DNA of 64,000 nt. Origin: Nitrospirota bacterium (lineage in GTDB: Bacteria > Nitrospirota > UBA9217). Below the pieces are notes generated by a model. The model did no database searches. It had not been told where the DNA came from and saw only the letters and a list, made by a program, of their open reading frames with translations. Within the stretch, counting starts at the first letter, position 1. Each line of letters starts with the position of its first letter. The DNA lies in contig CAWFSF010000006.1 in NCBI GenBank assembly GCA_963818475.1, forward strand, positions 1,408,001 to 1,472,000. The letters run 5' to 3'. The position numbers and the translations under genes are program-made. Shown piece after piece: positions 32,187-41,800 of this stretch.

Positions 32187-34637
32187 TCAACCGACGCTTA
32201 AGAGGCCCAGCTTGCCCTGCCACCTTCTCCAAAGCGAGTCGCGCAGCTGTGGATACTGCGTGAGCGCGGCGTCCTGTTGGATAAGCTCAAAAGCCTCGGT
32301 CCGCGCCTTTTCCAGAAGGTCTGCATCGCGAATGATGTTCGCCGCGCGCAGGTCCGGCAGGCCTGACTGGCGCGTTCCCAGGAACTCGCCCGGCCCGCGC
32401 AGACGAAGGTCCTCCTCGGCGATCTTGAAGCCGTCCGTGGTGCGCGCGAAAGCGTTCAGCCGCTCCCGCGCTTCGTCGGCGAACATCCGGGGACCCATCA
32501 GGATGCAGTAGGACTGGTGGCCGCCCCGGCCTACGCGGCCGCGGAGCTGGTGAAGCTGCGCCAGGCCGAAGCGCTCGGGATGCTCGATCACCATGACCGT
32601 GGCGTTCGGCACGTCCACGCCGACCTCGATCACTGTGGTCGAAATAAGGATATGCGTTTCCTTCGCTTTAAAGGCGGCCATGGCGGCCTCCTTCTCGTCA
32701 GCCCTCATCCTGCCGTGCAGAAGGCCCACGTTCCAGTTCGGGAAGATGTCCTTCTGGATATGCGCCGCCATTTCTGTCGCTGCCTTGAGGTCGCTTTTCT
32801 CGGTCTCCTTGACCAACGGGTAGACCACATAGACCTGACGCCCCTTCTTGATTTCCTCATCAAGGAACTGATAGGCCTCCCTGCGCCGGGGTTCGAAATA
32901 GATCCGGGTGACGATGGGGCTCCTGCCCGGCGGCATTTCGTCGATCACGGACACGTCGAGATCCCCGTAGACCGTCAGCGCCAGCGTTCGCGGGATCGGC
33001 GTAGCGGTCATGACGAGCACGTCGGGCTCATAGCCCTTCGACGTAAGCGTTGAGCGCTGCATCACGCCGAAGCGGTGCTGCTCGTCGATAATGGCAAGGC
33101 CTAGGTGTTTGAACTGCACGTTCTGTTCAATGAGCGCGTGCGTACCGACCACGATGTTGGCAACGCCGGACCCGATCTCGGCAAGTACCATTTCCTTCGC
33201 CTTTTTCCTGAGGCCGCCCACGAGATGGCGCACCGTGATGCCCAGCGGCAATGCCAGCGCCTCGATATTATTGTAATGCTGTGCTGCCAGGATCTCCGTG
33301 GGTGCCATGAGACAGGCCTGGTAACCGTTTTCCACAGCCATGAGCGAGGCGATCATGGCGACGATGGTCTTTCCGCAGCCTACATCGCCCTGTACCAGCC
33401 GGTTCATGGGCCGGTCCCCGGTCATATCATTCTTGATCTCGGCGATCACTCGTTCCTGGGCGTTCGTTAACCGATAGGGCAGCTTCGACCGGAGCGCAGT
33501 TTCGAGCCGGTCAACCGCTTTGAACGCGATACCCTTCTTGGCCGCGGCTATTCCCCGCTTCCTGAGCGCCAGCCCCAGTTCCAGCGTGAACAGCTCTTCA
33601 AAGCTCATCCTTCGATGAGCCGCGCTCTCGCCACGGTTCAGGATGGCTATATCCTTTTCCTGCTCGGGGAAGTGCACCTCGGAAATCGCCTCGGCAGCGG
33701 ACAGCAGCGAGTATTTTTTAACAATATGATCCGGCAGAATGTCGGGCATGGTGCTGCAGCAGGAATCGATGATGGTCTTCATCATGCTGCGCAGGTACCG
33801 CACGGACAGGCCGGAGGTCGTGCGGTAGATCGGGACCGTCCTTCCCGCATGGATCAGGCTGTCCGGTTCAGCGTCGTCCATGATCTCATAATCGGGATTG
33901 TCGATCTGCGGCAGGCCGCCCCGGTAGGGGTTGGATTTGACGATGCCGGAAAGGACCACCTTCTGCCCCGGTTTGAATGCTTTTTTCATGAAGGGCTGGT
34001 TGAACCAGGAGCCGACGAGCATGCCGCTCCTGTCAGTGACCAGGAGCTCGAAGACCTTCACCCACTTCCGTTTTGTCTCGACCACTTCCGCCGAGACCAC
34101 TTCTCCCATCACGGTCTCATAGGAGCCGATGCTGAGCCGGCTGATCTTCTTCAGGTTGCCGCGGTCTTCATAGCGCCAGGGGATGTAAAACAGCGCTTCT
34201 TCGATCGTATTGACGCCGAGCTTCTTGAGGAGCTCGGCGCGTTTGGGGCCGATGCCTTTGCAGAATTGGATGGGGGTGTCGAGCGCGACCGGCGCTGCGG
34301 CAGAATCCGCTGGATGCGAAGAGGAGGTCCTGGGACGGGTCTTTATGGCTGCCAGCGGGGCCGGAGCGATGCGCCCCGTTTCGAGTGCTGCGATCACCGC
34401 TGATGCGCTGATGATGCGGTTCTTCTTCTGGTCTGTCGGCAGCGTATCGAAGCCGGAGAACAGCGCTTCGAGCTGCTGAAGGTACGCAGGATCTGTTGAG
34501 CAGCGCCTCAATTTTTCTATTTGCACGCGCATGAAAGGCTCGAGCGCTGCAAGGCTCCGGACATGGGCAAAGTTGTCCCGCGCCGCAAATATCAGCGGTT
34601 TCCCTATTCTCTCAATGATGGCTTTTCTATCGTCCAT
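32187..34637 (-). CDS. recG: ATP-dependent DNA helicase RecG with N-terminal extension
   Basis: QGDVGCGKT, DEQHRFG, TATPIPRT, QLHQLRGRVGRG, RGPGE. Confidence 0.96.
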   Translation of the reverse strand: MDDRKAIIERIGKPLIFAARDNFAHVRSLAALEPFMRVQIEKLRRCSTDPAYLQQLEALFSGFDTLPTDQKKNRIISASAVIAALETGRIAPAPLAAIKTRPRTSSSHPADSAAAPVALDTPIQFCKGIGPKRAELLKKLGVNTIEEALFYIPWRYEDRGNLKKISRLSIGSYETVMGEVVSAEVVETKRKWVKVFELLVTDRSGMLVGSWFNQPFMKKAFKPGQKVVLSGIVKSNPYRGGLPQIDNPDYEIMDDAEPDSLIHAGRTVPIYRTTSGLSVRYLRSMMKTIIDSCCSTMPDILPDHIVKKYSLLSAAEAISEVHFPEQEKDIAILNRGESAAHRRMSFEELFTLELGLALRKRGIAAAKKGIAFKAVDRLETALRSKLPYRLTNAQERVIAEIKNDMTGDRPMNRLVQGDVGCGKTIVAMIASLMAVENGYQACLMAPTEILAAQHYNNIEALALPLGITVRHLVGGLRKKAKEMVLAEIGSGVANIVVGTHALIEQNVQFKHLGLAIIDEQHRFGVMQRSTLTSKGYEPDVLVMTATPIPRTLALTVYGDLDVSVIDEMPPGRSPIVTRIYFEPRRREAYQFLDEEIKKGRQVYVVYPLVKETEKSDLKAATEMAAHIQKDIFPNWNVGLLHGRMRADEKEAAMAAFKAKETHILISTTVIEVGVDVPNATVMVIEHPERFGLAQLHQLRGRVGRGGHQSYCILMGPRMFADEARERLNAFARTTDGFKIAEEDLRLRGPGEFLGTRQSGLPDLRAANIIRDADLLEKARTEAFELIQQDAALTQYPQLRDSLWRRWQGKLGLLSVG

Positions 34638-34867
34638 AGGTTATATTCAGGACAATACTAGAATATTTTAAAGTTTTTGTCGAGGAAAAGAGCACTCATC
34701 GGGTAAAACCCTTACCTTATTTTTCATCAGTCGTGGTTAGAAGTTAACAGGTTTTCCCACGTCCCCCTGACCTTTTTACTGCTGATTATTTCCTTGCAAA
34801 CACCTTGTTCTTATGGTAAGGTAGCCATCTTTCGGGCAATCATTTTCACATATGGAGGAATATTCTC

Positions 34868-35062
34868 GTGGCAGGTAAATGCGAAATTTGCGGTAAAGGC
34901 AGGCTCAGCGGCAACAAAGTGAGCCACGCTAACAACAAAAGCAAGAAGGTCTCCAAGCCGAATGTGCAGACCGTCAAGGCAGTGGGTCCCCATGGCGGCA
35001 ATGTTCGCGTCCATGCATGCACGCGCTGCATCCGCTCCGGCAAGGTTAAGAAAGTCAGCTAA
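34868..35062 (+). CDS. rpmB: 50S ribosomal protein L28
   Basis: CEICGK..SGNKVSHANNK...PNVQ...CTRCIRSGKV. Confidence 0.95.
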   Translation: MAGKCEICGKGRLSGNKVSHANNKSKKVSKPNVQTVKAVGPHGGNVRVHACTRCIRSGKVKKVS

Positions 35063-35085
35063 ACCAGTCCGATCCCAGCTACGCA

Positions 35086-35123
35086 TATGCCCTCCCCCTT
35101 TAAGGCGGAGGGCATTGTTTTTT
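35086..35123 (+). terminator. Terminator after rpmB
   Basis: ATGCCCTCC...GGAGGGCAT followed by T-tract. Confidence 0.7.
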
Positions 35124-35279
35124 GTTACGCCTTAACCTCTGCAGCAAGCAACTCCTCACAGCCGGCAATTCGGAAACCCGAAAACTCCGGTGTTTTTTCG
35201 GTTCCACACCCCTTCGCGATCACCGGGAAAACCTGTTTCAAAAAGGGACATCCTTTTGAAAACTGGATGTAAATCTAAC

Positions 35280-35336
35280 ATGTAAAATTGTAATTTTACA
35301 TTGACACCGTCGATTCCGGGGATTAAAGTGTCAATG
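35280..35336 (+). promoter_or_regulatory. Palindromic operator plus sigma70 promoter, cluster B
   Basis: ATGTAAAATT-GT-AATTTTACAT perfect palindrome (35280-35301); TTGACA(35301)-N17-TAAAGT; second inverted repeat CATTGACAC-N20-GTGTCAATG. Confidence 0.7.
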
Positions 35337-35457
35337 TGAAACACAGTTTTATTCTTGCTGTGAAAAAGGGAAATCTCACGAGAAAGCGGGATCACTGACA
35401 CGCGTACAAATCACCTGGACACCTATCGTGCCCGGGATAATAAAGGGAGGAATCATT

Positions 35458-36471
35458 ATGAAGAAAAGTATCATAGTTTTGCTCGTTGTTCTCAGCATCT
35501 TCGGTCTTGTCGTGGCAGTACAGGCCGCAAACGAACTGAAGGGAACCATGTACGTTTCTGGCCATGGCGGACATCTCGCCATCATAGACCTGGCCACTCT
35601 GAAGGAACCCACTGACGTTGAAAAGGACCGTATCGTCATTACCGAAGCAGGCTCTGAGATGGAAGGCAAAATTGCCGGCATGGACTTTGCTGCGGTGAAG
35701 AAGTCCGGCGGTTCGCACGGCAGTTCGCTTATCGACAAGACGCTTTATGTCGGCCTGCTGAACGGCACCGTGGTAACGTACGATCTGAAAACCGGAAAAA
35801 AATCAGCGCCCATCGCTGTCGGCAAGAAATTCTGCGACGCAGTGGTCGGTCCTGACGGCAACATCTACCTTGAAGACATGGCCGACGGGCATGTCTATAT
35901 TTTCGATCCGAAAGGCTTGAAGACCGTGGACAAGCTGCCGGTCGGTGCTGCAGTATGCGGTATTGCCTGGACCAAGTCCCGCGACAAGGCTTATGTTTCC
36001 GACATGCCCCAGGGAAAGATCTTCGTCATCGACTGGAAAACGAAAAAGACGGTAAAAGAGATCACCGATCCCGAGTTGACCTTTATCCACCAGCTCCGCA
36101 TGACCAATGACGGCAAGCAGGTATGGGTTGCAGCCGCAAATGAATACGATCCAGGCCTCAAGCCCGGCACCCATAAGTCGCAGATCGTCGTGATCGACAC
36201 AAAGACCGACAAGGTCGTAGAGCACATCGTTCTTCCTGACACGCTCAGGGCCCATGACGTGAAGTTCTCTCCCGATGGAAAAACAGCACTCGTCAGCGGT
36301 CGCGATTACGCGACCAAAGACGGCGCCATCGGAATCATGGACGTCAAGACCCGTAAGATCGTGAAAACCGTATCCATCTGCGCAGGCTGCCATAAGGCTG
36401 CCGGTGTTACGGTAACGATCGACGATGGCGCACCGCTCCTGTGCGGCATGGCTATTGACTGGAAGAAATAA
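35458..36471 (+). CDS. Secreted YncE/YVTN-like beta-propeller with His/Cys ring and C-terminal CxxCH (propeller B)
   Basis: ATG after GGAGG; signal peptide ending VQA; blades SHG, FCDAVVGPDG, VCGIAWT, IHQLRMTNDG, AHDVKFSPDG, LCGMAIDW; CAGCH. Confidence 0.82.
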   Translation: MKKSIIVLLVVLSIFGLVVAVQAANELKGTMYVSGHGGHLAIIDLATLKEPTDVEKDRIVITEAGSEMEGKIAGMDFAAVKKSGGSHGSSLIDKTLYVGLLNGTVVTYDLKTGKKSAPIAVGKKFCDAVVGPDGNIYLEDMADGHVYIFDPKGLKTVDKLPVGAAVCGIAWTKSRDKAYVSDMPQGKIFVIDWKTKKTVKEITDPELTFIHQLRMTNDGKQVWVAAANEYDPGLKPGTHKSQIVVIDTKTDKVVEHIVLPDTLRAHDVKFSPDGKTALVSGRDYATKDGAIGIMDVKTRKIVKTVSICAGCHKAAGVTVTIDDGAPLLCGMAIDWKK

Positions 36472-36502
36472 ATCGTATACTATGCCGCACGTAGGTTAAC
36501 GC

Positions 36503-36546
36503 CGGAGGGCGGGGAATAACCCGCTCTCCGTTTTTTTATTTTTTTC
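36503..36546 (+). terminator. Terminator between propeller B and its permease
   Basis: CGGAGGGCGGG...CCCGCTCTCCG followed by long T-tract. Confidence 0.75.
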
Positions 36547-36588
36547 ACTGCTGCCTATTTCATCTCCGAAGGAAAACCGCGCATCGTT

Positions 36589-37784
36589 ATGAATATCCCC
36601 TATGTAGCGCTTAAGAACCTGAAACGGAAGATCACGCGGACCTGGCTGCTCTTTGCTATCGTAGCTGTTGTTTCGGGTACGCTCTTCACGGCCACCCTTT
36701 TTTTAAAGAGTATTAACAACGCGCTGAAGCTCGGCACCTATCGCCTCGGCGCCGATATCCTGGTTGTGCCGGCAAGCGCCGAGACCAGGGCCAAGGCAGC
36801 GCTCCTGTCCGGAGAGCCGACGCAATTTCTTATGAACAGATCGGTGCTCGATCAGGTGCGAAAGATCGAAGGGGTCAAGGCCGCCACGCCGCAGCTCTTT
36901 CTTAAACCAAGCAGCTTCTCCTGCTGCTTTAACGTGGAAATTTTTCTCGTTGCCTTCGACCCCGAGACCGACTTTACCGTAAAACCCTGGCTCGAAAAAC
37001 ACCTGAACAGGCCCCTGGGCCCCAACGAAATCATTACCGGCCGTGAGATCCCGGTCATCGCCGGCGACAATATCCCCTTCTTCGGCACAACGTTTAGCGT
37101 GGTGGGAACCATGGAACCCACGGGGATGGACTTCTTCGACCGCACGGGTTTCATGAGCCTTGATGGCGCCTACAAAATGGCAGAAGATTCAAAATTAAAA
37201 GCACTCCAACCGCTCGATATCAGCCGAGACCAGGTTTCCACCGTCCTGGTACAGGTCACCGAAGACTTCAGCCCCGACCGCGTCGCCATCGGATCGAACA
37301 TGACATACCCGACGTCAAGGCACTGACCTCCGACACCGTCATCAGCACCGTAAGAAAACAGCTTTCGGGCCTGATCCGCGCCATTGTCATTATCAGTGTC
37401 ATACTCTGGTTCATCGTCCTTTTGATCATGGCCTTTGCGTTCTATATGATCGTCAACGAACGCCGACGCGAGATCGGCCTGCTGCGCGCCATGGGAGCGA
37501 ATCGTGGCCATATTGCTGCGATCGTTCTGACCGAAGCGTCGCTGCTATCAGCCGCAGGCGGGGCCGTGGGCGTTCTGCTTGGGTTCGGCCTGCTGATGAG
37601 CATCAAAAGTCTGCTCCTCCATTACCTGAAGCTTCCCTATCTGTTCCCTTCATCGCCTGAGTTGATCGTTCTGACCGCGGGAGCGATATCCCTTTCCATC
37701 CTGACCGGCCTGCTCTCGGCGTTTTTGCCGGCCGTCGCCATCATCAGGACCGAGCCCTACGAGGCCATAAGGAGCGCAGAATGA
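36589..37784 (+). CDS. MacB/FtsX-type ABC permease with periplasmic Cys-Cys motif, cluster B (frameshift near 37290)
   Basis: KNLKRKITRT, RLGADILVVP, SFSCCFNV, ERRREIGLLRAMGA, EPYEAIR. Confidence 0.88.
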
Positions 37785-38377
37785 GATCTATTCTTACCAT
37801 TATTCTGCTGCTGACCCCAGTCATGTTCTCCTGTTCCCGGGATGCCGCCAAACCGGCAGCGCCGGTTGCTGAGCAGAAGAACGACATCCAGCTCTTGCGG
37901 GAACAGATTCAGAACAACCCGCAGGACGCCGAGGCGTTGTATCAACTCTCCGAGCTCTATGATCGTGCAGGCTTGTTCCAGGAAGAGATCGACACCCTGC
38001 GCAAGGTAGTTGCCATAAAGCCGGACATGGGATATGCCTATTTCAAGCTGGGGACTGCCTGCAACAGGATCGAACAGTACCAGGAGGCGGTGGCAAACTT
38101 CACCAAAGCGACGAAGTTGATCCCCAACCAGCCCATGGTATACAACAACCTTGCCTTCTCCTATGGAAAACTCGGTAAAACGGACCAGGAGATCGCAACC
38201 CTGAAAAAAGCGCTTGCCATACGGCCGGGCTATAACATCGCCCGCTTCAACCTCGGTATGGCTTACCTTAGATCAGGACAGCAAAAGGAAGCGCTGCAGC
38301 AGTATACGGTCCTCAAGGAACGGGACGAGGGGTATGCAGCTGCGTTAAAAAAAGAGATCGATTCCAAAAGGAGATAA
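37781..38377 (+). CDS. TPR lipoprotein
   Basis: Lipobox FSC; about 4 TPR repeats. Confidence 0.85.
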   Translation: MRSILTIILLLTPVMFSCSRDAAKPAAPVAEQKNDIQLLREQIQNNPQDAEALYQLSELYDRAGLFQEEIDTLRKVVAIKPDMGYAYFKLGTACNRIEQYQEAVANFTKATKLIPNQPMVYNNLAFSYGKLGKTDQEIATLKKALAIRPGYNIARFNLGMAYLRSGQQKEALQQYTVLKERDEGYAAALKKEIDSKRR

Positions 38378-38785
38378 TTGATGCAACGGTTGATGAAAAT
38401 GTTTTTCCCGGCGTTTTCAATAGTACTTTTCTGTTCCCTTTCCGCATCTGCAGAGATGATACAATGCGCTCAGTGCGGCATGGGGGTGGACCTCGACTCA
38501 AAGTTCACGTCCAGGATCGTTCAGCCAAAGCAGACCCGGCATTTCTGCGATATCGGCGACCTCTTCGCCTATCTGAAAACAAACCCTTCTGCCGCTGCCG
38601 AGGCACAGGTCAGGGATTATCGGTCCGGAGAGTGGGTCAACGCCCAGCAAGCCTACTATGTAAATTCTGCAAAGAAGTTTCAGACACCCATGGGCTGGGG
38701 CATCGCAGCATTTAAGAACAAACCGGAGACCGCTGAATTCGGAAACGCGCTGAATTTCAATGATATGACGAAAAGCCTGAAATAA
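38378..38785 (+). CDS. nosL: NosL-family copper-binding protein
   Basis: CAQCGM, FCDIGDL, VRDY..GEW.NA..AYYV, TPMGWG.AAF. Confidence 0.88.
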   Translation: MMQRLMKMFFPAFSIVLFCSLSASAEMIQCAQCGMGVDLDSKFTSRIVQPKQTRHFCDIGDLFAYLKTNPSAAAEAQVRDYRSGEWVNAQQAYYVNSAKKFQTPMGWGIAAFKNKPETAEFGNALNFNDMTKSLK

Positions 38786-38818
38786 GACCCTCCCGGGCGT
38801 GTGCAAGAAAGGAATGTC

Positions 38819-39482
38819 ATGATCGAGCTGAAAGACCTGTCAAAAACTTATAGGGTATCAGACCGGACCGTCAATGCGGTCCTGCCGGTCACATTGTCCA
38901 TCAACCAGGGAGACTTTGTGTCCATTGTCGGACACTCCGGGAGCGGCAAAAGCACGCTGCTCAGCCTGATCGGCGGAATAGCGAAACCCGACAAAGGGAC
39001 CGTGGTCATAGACGGCACCAATATCCGGGACTATGACGACCGGAAGCTTTCAAAATTAAGAAATGACAAGTTCGGGTTCGTCTATCAGTTTGCCAGCCTC
39101 ATCCCCACGCTCACGGCCAGGGAGAACGTCCTGCTGCCGACCGTTTTCGGTCAGACAAAAAAACGATACCGATGCAGTTCAATTGCTTCACCAGGTCGGT
39201 CTGGGCGACAAGATCGACCGCTACCCCTCCGAGCTTAGCGGCGGCGAACAACAGCGCGTGGCCATAGCACGCGCCTTTATTAACTCGCCCGAGGTCATCC
39301 TTGCCGACGAGCCGACCGGCGACCTCGATGAAGAGACCGAGGCGGAGATTATGGCGTTCTTCGAAAAGATCAATAAAGAAAAAAAAGTCACCATGATCAT
39401 GGTGACCCACAGTTCAGAGCTTGCGCTCCGGGCCGCCAGCCGGTTCAGGATGAAGCAGGGAACGCTGGAAAAGTTGAATTAG
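38819..39482 (+). CDS. LolD/MacB-type ABC ATPase, cluster B (frameshift near 39165)
   Basis: [43 protein letters not shown]. Confidence 0.9.
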
Positions 39483-39502
39483 CGGCACATCATGGACTAA
39501 TT

Positions 39503-39533
39503 AAAAAAGCGGCCATATCAGGCCGTTTTTTTG
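39503..39533 (+). terminator. Terminator ending cluster B
   Basis: AAAAAAGCGGCC-ATATCA-GGCCGTTTTTTT. Confidence 0.7.
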
Positions 39534-39575
39534 TTTGCAGGACCATCTGATAAAACCGGTAAACCTAAAAACGGT

Positions 39576-39715
39576 ATTTGGACACGGAAGAATCGGAAAC
39601 ATCTGATTAACGCGGACAAATTCTGAAGCAAAGCATTCACCTATTGGGTGAACCTCTTGTAAAAGAAATAATCCGCCGTTATCCGGCTCTTATCCGTGTT
39701 AATCCGTGTCCAAAT
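39576..39715. repeat. Intergenic palindromic element with about 10-bp-period arms
   Basis: ATTTGGACACGGA... / ...ATCCGTGTTAATCCGTGTCCAAAT. Confidence 0.7.
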
Positions 39716-39875
39716 GCTTTTTTGAGGTAAAGTGGTTAGTCCGTTTTTTTTAAGTCAATGGCTGGCAGAGACCGGGTGCAAACATGACCGACCGTAAATA
39801 AAAAGACGGCGGCCATTGTTTGGCCGCCGTCCTGATGTGCATCGGATGCAGAATGAACCCTGAAACTACTTCTTT

Positions 39876-40577
39876 TTACCTGACTTTGTCTCCAAAGAGA
39901 TGATCATACTCAGCCGGATGATGGTGCTTCAGCTGGTCAATGGACATCTTCCCGGTGAGCCACATCCAGTTCATCGGGAACACCTCAGACCTCAGGTGCT
40001 CGTTATAGAAGTGGAAGATCAGGATGAACACGATCGCAAGCAGGGCTTCATCGCTGTGCATGGCAATGATCACGTCCCAGATCCACTGGATCGACCACAT
40101 CGGGAAGAGCGACGATACCGTCACCGGGAACGCCAGGAAGAACCCCGACGCGCCGATGATGAACATGCCCCAGTACACCGCCCAGTAGTCGAACTTCTGC
40201 ATGTAGTTGAACTTGCCGAAGTAGGGCTTCTCTTTCCTCAGCCCGAAGAAGTACATGAAGTTGTGGAACGCGTCAACAACGTCCTTGGGCATCGGAATGA
40301 GCGTGGGCCTCATGCCTCCCTTGCGGAACTGGTTGATGAGGTAGAACTGGTGGTAGATGAAGTCGAGCAGCATGGTGATGCCCGCCACGCGGTGTATGAG
40401 CCCCGCCATCTTTGCGCCGCCCCAGAAGCTGATCCAGGCGCTGGCAGGGTCCTGATAGGCATACTTGAGCCCCCAGCCGGTGAAGGACAGGAGCAGGAAC
40501 GTGGTGAACATGATGACATGCTGGATGCGTGCGGAGAGGTCGAACCTCTCGATCTCAGTCGGAACAGTCTTATTCAT
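39876..40577 (-). CDS. Cytochrome b subunit (FdnI/CbcL-type membrane domain)
   Basis: RIQH, IHRVAG, KFNYMQKFDYWAVYWG, HSDEALLA, HFYN. Confidence 0.88.
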   Translation of the reverse strand: MNKTVPTEIERFDLSARIQHVIMFTTFLLLSFTGWGLKYAYQDPASAWISFWGGAKMAGLIHRVAGITMLLDFIYHQFYLINQFRKGGMRPTLIPMPKDVVDAFHNFMYFFGLRKEKPYFGKFNYMQKFDYWAVYWGMFIIGASGFFLAFPVTVSSLFPMWSIQWIWDVIIAMHSDEALLAIVFILIFHFYNEHLRSEVFPMNWMWLTGKMSIDQLKHHHPAEYDHLFGDKVR

Positions 40578-41472
40578 GATCGTCCCTCTTTCTGAACAAA
40601 CGTTCGCGGATGTCGGCGAAGATATCCAGAAGCACATGGATGCAGATGAACATGAAGACGCTCACGGTGAGAACGATAAGGCCGATCTCGGTCCAGTGGG
40701 CAATGGGATGCATCGGTTTGTGCGTGATGGCTGCCACGAATTTTTCGGTTGCACCCGGGTGGCACTTGGCGCAGGTCTTGATCTTATTCGCTCCGTTCAC
40801 CGGCGAGGACGGGTCCTTAGCGCTCTTCACATCATGCGCGCCGTGGCAATCCGAGCACGCAGGAGCGTTGCGGTGGCCTACTTTGAGCTTTCTGCCGTGG
40901 AAGCTTTCCTTGTAGCGCTCCATGACATGCGGGCTGAAACCGTACTTCTCGGTCATGCTCTTTTCTTCATGGCACTTGCCGCAGGTTTCGACAATATTAA
41001 AATGATTGACCGCCGATTCCCTGCTGGTCTTTGACTGGATATAATGCGGCGACCCGTGGCAGTCCGTACACACCGGGCCGTCTGAGGATTTTTTTACGAT
41101 GACATTCTGGCCATGGACGCTTGTTTTGTACGCCTGGTAGGTATCGGCATGACAGTTCACGCAGGCGGCCTGCGCGACCGCATTGGACCTGCTCTTCGGG
41201 GAAATGGCTGCGGCAAGTTCCACCACGGTTTTGTCCGGCTTGGCTCCCGACAATCCCTGATGCTGTGCACCTTGCAGCGTCAGGTGGCACATGGTACAGT
41301 CATTCATCCCGCCGTGGACCGATTTGGAGAATTTTTCCTGATCTACTTTTACAGCGCCTTCCATGGACCCGTGACAGCCCAGACACGTTGCAGCATCAGC
41401 TGCCGCGTGTGCCGACGGGGCCAGAAGAAGGGTAAACAAGAACAACGATACTGCGTTCAACCAGTTCCTCAT
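40570..41472 (-). CDS. Membrane-anchored heptaheme cytochrome c
   Basis: Signal peptide; seven CxxCH (CLGCH, CTMCH, CVNCH, CTDCH, CGKCH, CSDCH, CAKCH); SVHG/SFHG repeats; C-terminal TM helix with His. Confidence 0.9.
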   Translation of the reverse strand: MRNWLNAVSLFLFTLLLAPSAHAAADAATCLGCHGSMEGAVKVDQEKFSKSVHGGMNDCTMCHLTLQGAQHQGLSGAKPDKTVVELAAAISPKSRSNAVAQAACVNCHADTYQAYKTSVHGQNVIVKKSSDGPVCTDCHGSPHYIQSKTSRESAVNHFNIVETCGKCHEEKSMTEKYGFSPHVMERYKESFHGRKLKVGHRNAPACSDCHGAHDVKSAKDPSSPVNGANKIKTCAKCHPGATEKFVAAITHKPMHPIAHWTEIGLIVLTVSVFMFICIHVLLDIFADIRERLFRKRDDHE

Positions 41473-41680
41473 ACGTTCTCCTTTCGAGTAATATCGGACA
41501 TCATAAAGACCGTGAGCGTTATGTGCTGTGGTTTTTAAATGCTGCCGCTTCAGGGCACATGCTGTGCATTATAGCAGACATTGGTGCGATTCAGATGAAA
41601 GAGTGCGGAACGCGATGGACCGGCACCGATCCGTACCCATGAATATCGTCATGATTAATGATTTATTTGCGGTTATTGTG

Positions 41681-41713
41681 TGCACGTATCATGCCAATGA
41701 TAACCATTTGATA
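41681..41713 (-). promoter_or_regulatory. sigma54 promoter plus IHF site for the cytochrome c/b pair
   Basis: Minus strand TTGGCATGATACGTGCA (GG-N10-GC); TATCAAATGGTTA at 41701-41713 matches the IHF consensus. Confidence 0.65.
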
Positions 41714-41800
41714 TTTCAATGATCTGAACCATATGATCATTTGCATGAATGAGAATACAGTAGACCTTCAGTAACAAACGTGCGAAAATGACACCGCGTT

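Noticed and set aside
35458-36471. Calling propeller B NosZ, NirS or methanethiol oxidase
   Set aside because: Too short, no CuA domain, no N-terminal cytochrome c domain, and a Cys-containing ligand pattern unlike those enzymes.
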